Of a stretch of 64,000 nt of DNA, positions 38,770 to 47,869 are shown piece after piece; the stretch's first letter is position 1, and each line of letters begins with the position of its first letter. The position numbers and the translations under genes were made by a program. The stretch spans positions 45,564 to 109,563 of IMG/VR virus record IMGVR_UViG_3300020379_000218; one strand, written 5' to 3'. This stretch comes from a virus (taxonomy: Duplodnaviria > Caudoviricetes). The notes beneath the pieces are model-generated. The model did not search any database, was not told the origin of the DNA, and was given only the letters and a program-made list of their open reading frames with translations.

Positions 38770-39315
38770 ATGATAAATGGAATGAAAATACCAAAGGTCA
38801 CTTTTAGAGTAAGAGAAGGTGACGAAGTTGAAACAGATGGCGGTTGTGCTATCGGCGGTCAATGGCTGAACAAGACAACAGACGATTACTTCAAAGGTAA
38901 GAGAGTTGTGTTATTCAGTTTACCAGGTGCATTTACACCTACTTGTTCTTCACAGCAATTGCCTGGGTTTGAAGAACACTATGATACAATCACAAAATTT
39001 TCAGTAGACGAAGTTTATTGTATTTCAGTAAACGATAGTTTTGTAATGAATGCTTGGGCAGACCATATGGGTATTGAAAAAGTAAAAATGATACCAGATG
39101 GTTCAGGCAATCTTACACGATTTATGGGAATGCTAATTGGCAAAAACCATTTAGGTTTCGGTAATAGAAGTTGGAGATATATGGCAGTTATCAATGACGG
39201 AGTTGTTGAGAAATGGTTCCAAGAACCAGGTATCAATAATGAAGGAACAGATGATGACCCATATGTGGAATCAACACCTGAAAAAATGTTAGACTACTTA
39301 CGACATAGTGAGTAG
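38770..39315 (+). CDS. Peroxiredoxin (Prx5 family)
   Basis: LPGAFTPTCS, SVNDSFVMNAW, RSWRY; promoter TTGACT-17-TATATT at 38710. Confidence 0.92.
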   Translation: MINGMKIPKVTFRVREGDEVETDGGCAIGGQWLNKTTDDYFKGKRVVLFSLPGAFTPTCSSQQLPGFEEHYDTITKFSVDEVYCISVNDSFVMNAWADHMGIEKVKMIPDGSGNLTRFMGMLIGKNHLGFGNRSWRYMAVINDGVVEKWFQEPGINNEGTDDDPYVESTPEKMLDYLRHSE

Positions 39316-39319
39316 GCTA

Positions 39320-39348
39320 TTGACAAAGACGACCCTATGATATATAAT
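39320..39348 (+). promoter_or_regulatory. Consensus sigma70 promoter (gp45)
   Basis: TTGACA-17-TATAAT. Confidence 0.85.
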
Positions 39349-39374
39349 GTTTATAATTTAATGAAGGAGAATAT

Positions 39375-40043
39375 ATGATGAACTTATCAAACGATACACT
39401 TGCATTGTTAAAAAACTTTGCAAACATTAATCAAAATATTTTAATTAAACCAGGTAAGAAATTAAATACAATTTCTACTATGAAAAATATTTTGGCAACA
39501 GCAGATATTAAAGAAGACTTTGAACAGCAGTTTGCTATCTATGACTTACCAGAGTTTTTAAGAACGGTTGATTTATTTGAACAACCTAACTTAAAATTCA
39601 ATGGTGGTTCTAGTGTAGGAATCTCTGGTAAAGACGGAAGGTCAGCAAGTAAATATACTTTCGCTGATGAATCTGTTATCGTTGCACCTACCAAAACTAT
39701 ATCAATGCCTGATACAGAAGTTTCTTTTGTATTTAAGAAAGCAGATATGGAAAGACTTATGAAAGGTGTGGTTACTCTTAACTTACCTGACATATCAGTT
39801 ATTGGTGATGGTAAGAATATGACACTTGTTGCAGAAGATAGAAAGAACAAAGCTTCTAACAAGTTTGATATCCAAGTTGGTACTACTGACAAAACATTTA
39901 AGGCATTTTTCAAAGCAGAAAACTTTAAAATGTTAACAGATGATTATGATGTTGCAATCTCAAAACAAAAGATTTCACATTTTGTTAATAGAACAAGACC
40001 AGTACAATATTGGATTGCATTAGAGCCAGAAAGTGAATTCTAA
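39375..40043 (+). CDS. gp45: Sliding clamp gp45
   Basis: LKNFANINQNI, FAIYDLPEFL, YWIALE. Confidence 0.95.
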   Translation: MMNLSNDTLALLKNFANINQNILIKPGKKLNTISTMKNILATADIKEDFEQQFAIYDLPEFLRTVDLFEQPNLKFNGGSSVGISGKDGRSASKYTFADESVIVAPTKTISMPDTEVSFVFKKADMERLMKGVVTLNLPDISVIGDGKNMTLVAEDRKNKASNKFDIQVGTTDKTFKAFFKAENFKMLTDDYDVAISKQKISHFVNRTRPVQYWIALEPESEF

Positions 40044-40134
40044 TAAACACTATAAATTTGTTGAGAAATATAAACTTGACACTTGGGCGTTTATTATATT
40101 CATTGCAGTATTGGCTATTATTGCATTGATTTAA
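40033..40134 (+). CDS. Possible 33-aa membrane peptide (not in ORF track)
   Basis: GTG start; MNSNKHYKFVEKYKLDTWAFIIFIAVLAIIALI fills the gp45-gp44 gap. Confidence 0.4.
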   Translation: MNSNKHYKFVEKYKLDTWAFIIFIAVLAIIALI

Positions 40135-40156
40135 ATTAAATTATGAGGTATATATT

Positions 40157-41101
40157 ATGGCAGACTTTTTGTGGGTTGAGAAATACCGACCGAAAACAAT
40201 TGAAGAGTGTATCTTACCAGAAGATATAAAATCAACTTTTCAAAACTTTTTAAAACAAGGCGAGATTAGTAATCTACTCTTATCAGGTACAGCAGGTACA
40301 GGTAAGACAACGGTTGCTCGTGCCTTGTGTGAAGAGTTAAAATGTGATTATATGATTATCAATGGGTCAGACGAAGGTAGACAAATTGATACATTAAGAA
40401 CTAAAATTCAACAATTCGCTAGTACGGTGTCTTTAACAGAAGACGCTAATCATAAAGTTGTGATTGTTGATGAAGCAGATTATATGAATGCTGATAGTGT
40501 TCAACCTGCTTTGAGAAACTTTATAGAAACCTTTTACAAGAATTGTAGATTTATCTTCACTTGTAATTTCAAAAACAAAATCATACCAGCATTACATAGT
40601 CGTTGTACGGTAGTAGACTTCAAAATTGTCAATGGGCAGAAGAAGAAGTGTGCTGACGCTATGATGTTAAGACTAGGTAAGGTACTGAATGATGAGAATA
40701 TACCATACGATAAGAAAGTTTTGGCAGAATTAATTATCAAATATTTTCCTGATTTCAGAAGAACTATCAACGAACTTCAAAGATATTCAGTTAGAGGTAA
40801 GATTGATAGTGGTATATTATTCACATTATCAGAAGCAAATAACAAAGAACTAGTCGCTACATTAAAAGAAAAAAGATTTAATGATATGCGAAAGTGGGTT
40901 ATTCAGAATATAGATAAAGAACCTACAAGTATGTTCCGTAATATTTACGAGGTATTACAGAAAGCACTTGACCCTAAATCTATCCCACAGGCAGTTTTAG
41001 TTATTGCAGGTTATCAGTACAAGGCGGCTTTTGTCGCAGACCAAGAAATCAATATGGTCGCTTGTCTTACCGAGATAATGGCAAATTGTAAGTTTAAATA
41101 A
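40157..41101 (+). CDS. gp44: Clamp loader large subunit gp44
   Basis: LWVEKYRP, GTAGTGKT, VDEAD, LHSRC, FPDFRR. Confidence 0.96.
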   Translation: MADFLWVEKYRPKTIEECILPEDIKSTFQNFLKQGEISNLLLSGTAGTGKTTVARALCEELKCDYMIINGSDEGRQIDTLRTKIQQFASTVSLTEDANHKVVIVDEADYMNADSVQPALRNFIETFYKNCRFIFTCNFKNKIIPALHSRCTVVDFKIVNGQKKKCADAMMLRLGKVLNDENIPYDKKVLAELIIKYFPDFRRTINELQRYSVRGKIDSGILFTLSEANNKELVATLKEKRFNDMRKWVIQNIDKEPTSMFRNIYEVLQKALDPKSIPQAVLVIAGYQYKAAFVADQEINMVACLTEIMANCKFK

Positions 41102-41496
41102 TGGCTTACGAACTCAAAGATTACCTGAATAGTATTAATTTTACTAAACAGGATGTGATGAAGACAGACGATATTACCTGGGAAAAGAAGTATCCTGCGT
41201 TTATCGTAAACAAGTGTTTATCATACCATTACGATACCTTAATCGCTGCCAACGAAATGAATGGGTATCATTTTCTTCCCAATAATATGCAATATCAATT
41301 TTTACTAAATATAGTAAGAAAGAAAAAGCGTTTTGCGAAATGGATGAAAGCAGAAAAGCTTAAAGATATAGAGTATGTAAAAGAGTATTATGGCTATAGT
41401 AATGAGAAAGCTAAAACCGCTCTAAGCATATTGACTAAAAACGATATTGAACATATAAAAAAATCCTTGAATAAGGGTGGGAGAAAAAGAAAATGA
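41101..41496 (+). CDS. gp62: Clamp loader small subunit gp62
   Basis: YPAFIVNKCLS, VKEYYGYSNEKA; synteny. Confidence 0.92.
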   Translation: MAYELKDYLNSINFTKQDVMKTDDITWEKKYPAFIVNKCLSYHYDTLIAANEMNGYHFLPNNMQYQFLLNIVRKKKRFAKWMKAEKLKDIEYVKEYYGYSNEKAKTALSILTKNDIEHIKKSLNKGGRKRK

Positions 41497-41939
41497 CAGA
41501 CAATGTAAAATGGTCACCGGAAGATATGCTAGAGGTCACAATCAAGCAACCTGACGATTTCCTAAAAGTAAGAGAGACATTAACAAGAATAGGTGTTGCT
41601 AGTCGTAAAGACAAAACACTATTTCAAAGTTGCCACATATTACACAAACAAGGCAAGTATTACATAGTACACTTCAAAGAACTATTTGCTTTAGATGGTA
41701 AGAAAGCAACCTTAACAGACAATGATATTCAGCGTAGAAATACTATTGCAGTATTACTAACAGATTGGAACTTAATTACGATAGTAAAACCAGAGGCTGC
41801 TGAAAACAAAGCACCACTATCACAAATTAAAGTGCTACCTTTCAAAGAAAAGAAAGAATGGAATCTTTCTGCCAAGTATAATATTGGTAAGAAGTTAGAC
41901 GAAAAAACCGAAGACAAAGTTTCAAATGAAGGTAAATAA
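41493..41939 (+). CDS. regA: Translational repressor RegA
   Basis: DDFLKVRETLTRIG, QSCHILHKQGKYYIVHFKELF. Confidence 0.96.
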   Translation: MTDNVKWSPEDMLEVTIKQPDDFLKVRETLTRIGVASRKDKTLFQSCHILHKQGKYYIVHFKELFALDGKKATLTDNDIQRRNTIAVLLTDWNLITIVKPEAAENKAPLSQIKVLPFKEKKEWNLSAKYNIGKKLDEKTEDKVSNEGK

Positions 41940-43432
41940 TGCAAGTAAAACAATTCAGCGACTTCCTATCTGAACAAACATTAGATAGAGAAAACAAACC
42001 AATAACTATTGCAGTTATCACAAAGACAAATCCTAATCTCAAAAAGAGAAAGGTTGGTGGTAAAGAAAGTAAAGAGTTAACGGTTAAGTTGATTGATGAA
42101 GCTTGCCAAGCAGTAAATCTAAAGTGTGTAGTTATTGAAACTAGACACGCAATTATCACAGGTAAAGACGAAGAAAAGAATACTTTGACCGTATATAACT
42201 ATGACGGCAAAGATAACGAACATACATTTATAGGTAAAGATACCGTTTGTATTACTAGAGCAGGTTCTGTAGAAGACGAAAGTGGTTTATCAATCGTTTC
42301 TGCTTTTCAAAACTCTGGTTCATTTATGTGTAATACAAGAAATGCAATGTTAACTTGTAATAACAAATTGACTACTGCTTTATTATTTGAAAAGTTTGGT
42401 ATACCAACACCGAAGACAGCGTTTGTATCTAACGAGAAAAACATAGATGACGCTTTAGAACTAATTGGTGGTGTAGATAAGTTTCCAGTAATATTAAAAA
42501 CACTAACAGGTACACAAGGTATCGGAGTTGTAAAGGTAGAGAGTTATGATTCTCTAGTTTCAACTATTCAAGCATTGTGGAAACATAATGCAGAATTACT
42601 AATACAAGAATTTATGCCTAGTGATTTTGATATTAGAACTTTCGTAGTAGATAACAAGATATTTGCAAGTACAAAAAGAATTCAAGGCTCAGACGATTTT
42701 AGAACTAATACTCATAGAGGTGCTGAAGCAGTACCATATAAGTTAAAAGACGAGGAAATAGAGGTCATACTCCGTGCTAGCAGGGCGTCAAAGGCGTATC
42801 TTTGTGGAGTTGACCATATCATACATAAAGGCAAACCTTATGTATTAGAAGTAAATGGTTCACCAGGAACTGGTGCAGAATATGAAGGATATATCTATAA
42901 AGACTTCTATTCGGATCCAGAAACAAAAGGTTCAATTAAAGGTGCTCAACTTGTAAAGAATTTAATCAAGTGGGTATCAGATAGAAAGAATTGGGATAGA
43001 CAATCTATTGCTGAAGTAGGTTGGTTAGAAACAATAGAAGTCGGCGACATTGGTAAAATGAGAGCGAAGATGGACACTGGTAACGGTGCTCACGCTTGTT
43101 CAATGCACGCTGAGAATATTAAAGTAGAAGGTAAAAAGGTAACCTGGAAGTACAACGGCAAGACATATTCGGCACCGAAGTACGGGGAATCAAAAGTCTT
43201 TCGTGCTAACGCAGAAGGTGAAGAACCATCAGAAGTTAGAACAACGGTACTACTTGACCTTACCTTTAACGGTTTCACATATCCTGATATTGAATTCGGA
43301 CTTGACCAAAGACCAAGGTCTGGTTCCGATGTTCTACTTAATAGAGAAGTAATCAGAATGTTCAATGCGTCTGTTAATCCTAATAGAACATTTGTACTAT
43401 CAAAAAGATTACCGCCTATTGACAAAGACTAA
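41939..43432 (+). CDS. rimK: RimK-family ATP-grasp ligase fused to a RimK-associated (RimB-like) aspartyl protease
   Basis: FPVILK, GTQGIGV, LIQEF, DFRTN, LEVNGSPG; C-terminal AKMDTGNG and LLNRE. Confidence 0.85.
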   Translation: MQVKQFSDFLSEQTLDRENKPITIAVITKTNPNLKKRKVGGKESKELTVKLIDEACQAVNLKCVVIETRHAIITGKDEEKNTLTVYNYDGKDNEHTFIGKDTVCITRAGSVEDESGLSIVSAFQNSGSFMCNTRNAMLTCNNKLTTALLFEKFGIPTPKTAFVSNEKNIDDALELIGGVDKFPVILKTLTGTQGIGVVKVESYDSLVSTIQALWKHNAELLIQEFMPSDFDIRTFVVDNKIFASTKRIQGSDDFRTNTHRGAEAVPYKLKDEEIEVILRASRASKAYLCGVDHIIHKGKPYVLEVNGSPGTGAEYEGYIYKDFYSDPETKGSIKGAQLVKNLIKWVSDRKNWDRQSIAEVGWLETIEVGDIGKMRAKMDTGNGAHACSMHAENIKVEGKKVTWKYNGKTYSAPKYGESKVFRANAEGEEPSEVRTTVLLDLTFNGFTYPDIEFGLDQRPRSGSDVLLNREVIRMFNASVNPNRTFVLSKRLPPIDKD

Positions 43433-43456
43433 CAATTAACATATAATGGAGATATT

Positions 43457-43756
43457 ATGAAAAAAGATATAAAAATTGTAAGAATAATTACAGGTGAGGA
43501 TATCATTGGCGATTTTAGTCAAGGTAACGGTGAGGTCAAAGTCAAACAACCATACATCATTTATCCAACATCAGCGCCTAAACCAGGCGAAGCAATTAAA
43601 TTTGGTATGTTCACATATATTCCATATGCTGAAACAGAAGAAATAACTTTTAAAGACGATAAGATTATAACGGTAGTAGAACCTAAACAGGATTTACTTG
43701 CGTCATATGAGCAATCAGTTTCTAAAATAATTCAAGGACCAGGTTTAATAACTTAA
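43457..43756 (+). CDS. Conserved hypothetical protein
   Basis: IKIVRIITGEDII; promoter TTGACA-17-TATAAT at 43419-43447. Confidence 0.65.
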   Translation: MKKDIKIVRIITGEDIIGDFSQGNGEVKVKQPYIIYPTSAPKPGEAIKFGMFTYIPYAETEEITFKDDKIITVVEPKQDLLASYEQSVSKIIQGPGLIT

Positions 43757-44121
43757 TGAGTGATAGTGTCCAAACAAAGGATACTATAACAATTCATTTC
43801 ATTAGTAAAGACGGAAATAAACAAGAAGTTATAGTACCACCAGGTTATACAATTATGGAGGCAGCAAGGACTTTTGCTGAACCATCAATTGATGAAATAC
43901 CAGGCGATTGTGGTGGGTGTACTGCTTGTGGAACTTGCCATATTAATATTAAAGAGGACATTGACAAAGTGGGTCGGGTAGAGTATAATAGTTTAGAAAA
44001 TGAGATATTAGAAACAAATATGGAATATGATAGAATGTATTCCAGATTAGGTTGTAATGTTATGTTAGAGAAAAAACATAATGGTTTAAAAATATATTTG
44101 AGAAGTATGGAGTCCGTATAG
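43756..44121 (+). CDS. fdx: [2Fe-2S] ferredoxin, adrenodoxin/ISC type
   Basis: CGGCTACGTCH and SRLGC. Confidence 0.9.
   Translation: MSDSVQTKDTITIHFISKDGNKQEVIVPPGYTIMEAARTFAEPSIDEIPGDCGGCTACGTCHINIKEDIDKVGRVEYNSLENEILETNMEYDRMYSRLGCNVMLEKKHNGLKIYLRSMESV
43961..43989 (+). promoter_or_regulatory. Consensus sigma70 promoter inside the ferredoxin gene, facing gp43
   Basis: TTGACA-17-TATAAT. Confidence 0.7.
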
Positions 44122-46613
44122 TGAATTTTTATAAAGATGTAATTGAACATAGAGGTAAGTTATTAGTCCGTGGTATACTAGACGGCAAAGAATTTAAAGA
44201 GAAGGTAGCATTTAGACCAACTCTATATGCACAAACACAAGAGAATACAAATCATAGAACTTTACAAGGTAACAATCTAAAACCTATTACCTTTGATAGT
44301 ATCAGGTCAGCAAGAGATTTCAGAAGAAACTATGCAACTTCTAATAGTCCGTTGTATGGTAATGATAGATGGCACTTTCAATATATCAGTAAAGAATATC
44401 CAGAGAATATTGAGTTTGATAAGAACTTAATTAAAATCTTTACTATTGATATTGAGACAACTGCTGATGGTGGTTTTCCTGATGTAGAAAATCCGACAGA
44501 AGAGATACTATGTTTGACTATTAAAAATCAATCTAACAAACAAATTATTACTTGGGGTACAAGACCATATCTTGCAAAACAAGAAAATGTAACCTATATA
44601 GAATGTAAATCAGAAAAACAATTACTGATGGAGTTTTTTAAATTCTGGATGAAGAATTATCCTGATGTTATTACAGGTTGGAATACTAAATTTTTTGATA
44701 TACCATATCTATGTAATAGAACTAAAAGACTTGTAGGTGACAAAGTTATTAATAAGTTATCGCCTTGGGGTTTGATTGAAGAAGAGAAACTAACCGTAAG
44801 AGGTAGACAACAAACTATATTTAAGATTATGGGTATATCTAATTTAGATTACCTAGACTTATATGTAAAATTTATTCCGACTAGACAAGAAAGTTATAAA
44901 CTTGATTATATCGCAAAGGTAGAATTAGGTAGTGATGGTAAAGATAATAACCCATACGATACTTTTAGAGAATGGTATACGAATGACTTTCAATCTTTTG
45001 TTGATTACAATATCAAAGATGTTGAACTCGTTGACCAACTAGAAGATAAGTTAAGATTGATTGAACTTATCTTAACAATGGCCTATGAGGCAAAGATTAA
45101 TTATACAGATGTATTTTCAGAAGTTAGACTTTGGGATACATTGATTTACAATCATCTATTAAAAGAGAATATACATATCCCACCTCGTACTGATAATGTT
45201 AAAGAAGAAAAATATGTCGGTGCATATGTTAAACCACCACAAGTCGGTCAACATAAATGGATTGTATCTTTTGATATTAACTCACTATATCCTCACTTGA
45301 TTATGCAGTATAATATTAGTCCTGAAAAGATGATTGGTGTTAAACCTAATGGTATATCTGTAGACAAGTTATTGAAACACGCTACACCTCTTACACATTT
45401 ACAAACACAAGGTGCAACTATCACACCTAATGGTGCAATGTTTAAAACAGATAGTCAAGGTTTCTTACCGAAGATTATGGAAAGTATGTACAATGATAGA
45501 GTGCATTACAAACAATTAGAATTTAAAGCAAAACAAGAATATCAAAAAACAAAAGACCCAATCTATGAAAAAGAAATATCTCGTTGTCATAATATTCAAT
45601 GGGCGAAAAAGATTTCTTTGAATAGTGCCTATGGTGCAATCGGTAATCAGTATTTTAGATTTTACAATGTCAATCAAGCGTCAGCGATTACAACTGCTGG
45701 GCAGTTTATTATTCAGTATGTTGAACAAAAAGTAAATGAATTGATGAATGATATACTACAGACAAAAGGTAAGAAAGATTATATTGTTGCGTCTGATACA
45801 GATTCAATTTACCTTTGTTTAGATAGATTAGTAGAAAAGGTATGTAAAGATAAAACAAAAGAACAGAAGTTAAACTTTGTTGATAAGGTTGCAAAACAAA
45901 AGATAGAACCATTTATTGAAAAATGTTTTGAAGAAGTATCTAGTTATACAAATGCCTTTCAACAGAAGATGGTTATGAAACGAGAAGTTATCGCAGACAA
46001 AGGTATCTGGACTGCCAAGAAAAGATATATGTTGAATGTGTTAGACGAAGAAGGTTTTAGATATGAAGAACCTAAACTAAAGATTATGGGTATTGAGGCA
46101 GTAAAATCTTCAACACCAGAAGTCTGTAGAAAAGGTATTAAAGAAGCAATCAGAATTATTATGAACAAAGATGAAGACGCATTACATAATTATATTTCAA
46201 ACTTTAAAGAAGAGTATTTGAAATATGAACCTGAACAGATTGCGTTTCCTAGAAGTTGTAATAATTTAAGAAAGTATTTTAGTCCTAGTGATATATTCAT
46301 TAAAGGCACACCTATACATATTAAAGGTAGTCTGATATATAACTGGCACTTAAAAAATCAAAACCTAGACCAGAAGTATCCTTTGATACAAGAAGGTGAT
46401 AAAATTAAATTTATATTGTTGAAAGAACCTAATCCTTTCAAGTTTAATGTATGTGCTTATCTATCTACATTACCTAGAGAGTTTAATCTGAAAGACTATA
46501 TAGATTACGAGGTTCAATTTGAAAAGACTTTCCTTGACCCAATGAGATTTATACTTGGTGCGATAGGTTGGAATGCAGAACCTCAAGCAAGTCTGGAGGC
46601 TTTCTTCGGATAA
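44121..46613 (+). CDS. gp43: DNA polymerase gp43 (family B)
   Basis: DIET exonuclease motif, SFDINSLYP, KISLNSAYG, SDTDS; no intein seen. Confidence 0.98.
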   Translation: MNFYKDVIEHRGKLLVRGILDGKEFKEKVAFRPTLYAQTQENTNHRTLQGNNLKPITFDSIRSARDFRRNYATSNSPLYGNDRWHFQYISKEYPENIEFDKNLIKIFTIDIETTADGGFPDVENPTEEILCLTIKNQSNKQIITWGTRPYLAKQENVTYIECKSEKQLLMEFFKFWMKNYPDVITGWNTKFFDIPYLCNRTKRLVGDKVINKLSPWGLIEEEKLTVRGRQQTIFKIMGISNLDYLDLYVKFIPTRQESYKLDYIAKVELGSDGKDNNPYDTFREWYTNDFQSFVDYNIKDVELVDQLEDKLRLIELILTMAYEAKINYTDVFSEVRLWDTLIYNHLLKENIHIPPRTDNVKEEKYVGAYVKPPQVGQHKWIVSFDINSLYPHLIMQYNISPEKMIGVKPNGISVDKLLKHATPLTHLQTQGATITPNGAMFKTDSQGFLPKIMESMYNDRVHYKQLEFKAKQEYQKTKDPIYEKEISRCHNIQWAKKISLNSAYGAIGNQYFRFYNVNQASAITTAGQFIIQYVEQKVNELMNDILQTKGKKDYIVASDTDSIYLCLDRLVEKVCKDKTKEQKLNFVDKVAKQKIEPFIEKCFEEVSSYTNAFQQKMVMKREVIADKGIWTAKKRYMLNVLDEEGFRYEEPKLKIMGIEAVKSSTPEVCRKGIKEAIRIIMNKDEDALHNYISNFKEEYLKYEPEQIAFPRSCNNLRKYFSPSDIFIKGTPIHIKGSLIYNWHLKNQNLDQKYPLIQEGDKIKFILLKEPNPFKFNVCAYLSTLPREFNLKDYIDYEVQFEKTFLDPMRFILGAIGWNAEPQASLEAFFG

Positions 46614-46753
46614 TGACGACATACGATTTATTTACAATCTGGTTGTTATGTCTGATAGGTTTTCAGATAGGAGAAAGGATAGCACACACAAGAATATCTT
46701 TGGCGACTTTCTTATTATGTGTTATATTAACTAAAATATTATTGATGAGTTAA
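46613..46753 (+). CDS. Small hydrophobic protein
   Basis: TAATG coupling to gp43; two hydrophobic segments. Confidence 0.45.
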   Translation: MTTYDLFTIWLLCLIGFQIGERIAHTRISLATFLLCVILTKILLMS

Positions 46754-46756
46754 CAT

Positions 46757-47248
46757 ATGAAATTATTTAAAGACAAGACAGATGACTTTTTTAGATGGTT
46801 AAAAGGAACCGAACTAGTTGAACTAGATGATATAGATGTATCAGAGGATCCTGTAAGACCAGAGTTAACATTAGGTTGGCGTATCTCTAAAGGTAGAAAA
46901 ATATTTGGATTAAAGTACGAAGAAAATATAGAAGGTATAATTTGTATTGCGTTTACAAATGACATACCATCAAATGTAAAAGAATTAGATATGATGTCTG
47001 AACTTGCAGACCTAAAGAACGAGAAACGAATTGCAATTGCATATACGGTATGGTCTCGTAAGAGAGGTGCAGGTAAAGAGATTATCAGTAAGGTATTAGA
47101 ATATGCAAAAGCAAACTATATTGAAAGAGTGATTACATTATCACCTCTTACACCTATGGCAACACACTTTCATATTCGTAATGGTGCAAAACAAATATCA
47201 ATCAATAAGGAAACGCAGAACTTTGAGTATAAACTTTCCAGTAAATAA
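46757..47248 (+). CDS. Putative GNAT-like protein
   Basis: AYTVWSRKRGAGKEII (acyl-CoA loop-like), TLSP, FHIRNGA. Confidence 0.55.
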   Translation: MKLFKDKTDDFFRWLKGTELVELDDIDVSEDPVRPELTLGWRISKGRKIFGLKYEENIEGIICIAFTNDIPSNVKELDMMSELADLKNEKRIAIAYTVWSRKRGAGKEIISKVLEYAKANYIERVITLSPLTPMATHFHIRNGAKQISINKETQNFEYKLSSK

Positions 47249-47771
47249 AAAGTATAAGGTAATATATGCTGACCCACCTTGGTCATTTAAATCATTTAGT
47301 CCTAAAGGTGATGACAGAAATCCTAATCAGCATTATCAAACATTAGAACTTAAAGATATAACAGACTTACCTGTAAAACAAATTGCAGATGACAATTGTA
47401 CTTTATTAATGTGGGTTGTAGACCATAGTTTAGATTTAGCGTTTGATGTTATAGACGCCTGGGGTTTCCAATACAAGACGGTAGGATTTACTTGGGCAAA
47501 AACAAATAAGAATAAACTAGGTTTCTTCACAGGTTTAGGATACTGGACAAGAGGTAATCCTGAAATGTGTTTACTTGCAACAAAAGGTAAACCTAAAAGA
47601 AAATCAAAATCAGTACCACAATTAGTCGTATCAAATAGAGAACGACATAGTAAAAAACCAGATATTATGTATCAACACATAGAAAATTTATTATCAGGTC
47701 CTTACATTGAACTTTTTGCTAGACAAAGAAGAGAAGGTTGGGATGCCTGGGGAAATCAAATAGAGGCTTGA
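47181..47771 (+). CDS. MT-A70 family adenine methyltransferase (true start possibly TTG at 47223)
   Basis: IYADPPW, AWGFQY, GLGYWTRGNPE, HSKKP, IELFAR, GWDAWGNQ. Confidence 0.9.
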   Translation: MVQNKYQSIRKRRTLSINFPVNKKYKVIYADPPWSFKSFSPKGDDRNPNQHYQTLELKDITDLPVKQIADDNCTLLMWVVDHSLDLAFDVIDAWGFQYKTVGFTWAKTNKNKLGFFTGLGYWTRGNPEMCLLATKGKPKRKSKSVPQLVVSNRERHSKKPDIMYQHIENLLSGPYIELFARQRREGWDAWGNQIEA

Positions 47772-47773
47772 CA

Positions 47774-47869
47774 ATGGCGATATTTTATAGTATATTACTC
47801 TTAACAATTATATTTTTAATACCAATAAGTTTACTAATAATGTGGAATGATGAAGACCCTAAACCTTAA
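47774..47869 (+). CDS. Possible 31-aa membrane peptide overlapping a promoter
   Basis: AGAGG RBS; MAIFYSILLLTIIFLIPISLLIMWNDEDPKP; TTGACA(47768)-17-TATATT overlaps. Confidence 0.4.
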   Translation: MAIFYSILLLTIIFLIPISLLIMWNDEDPKP

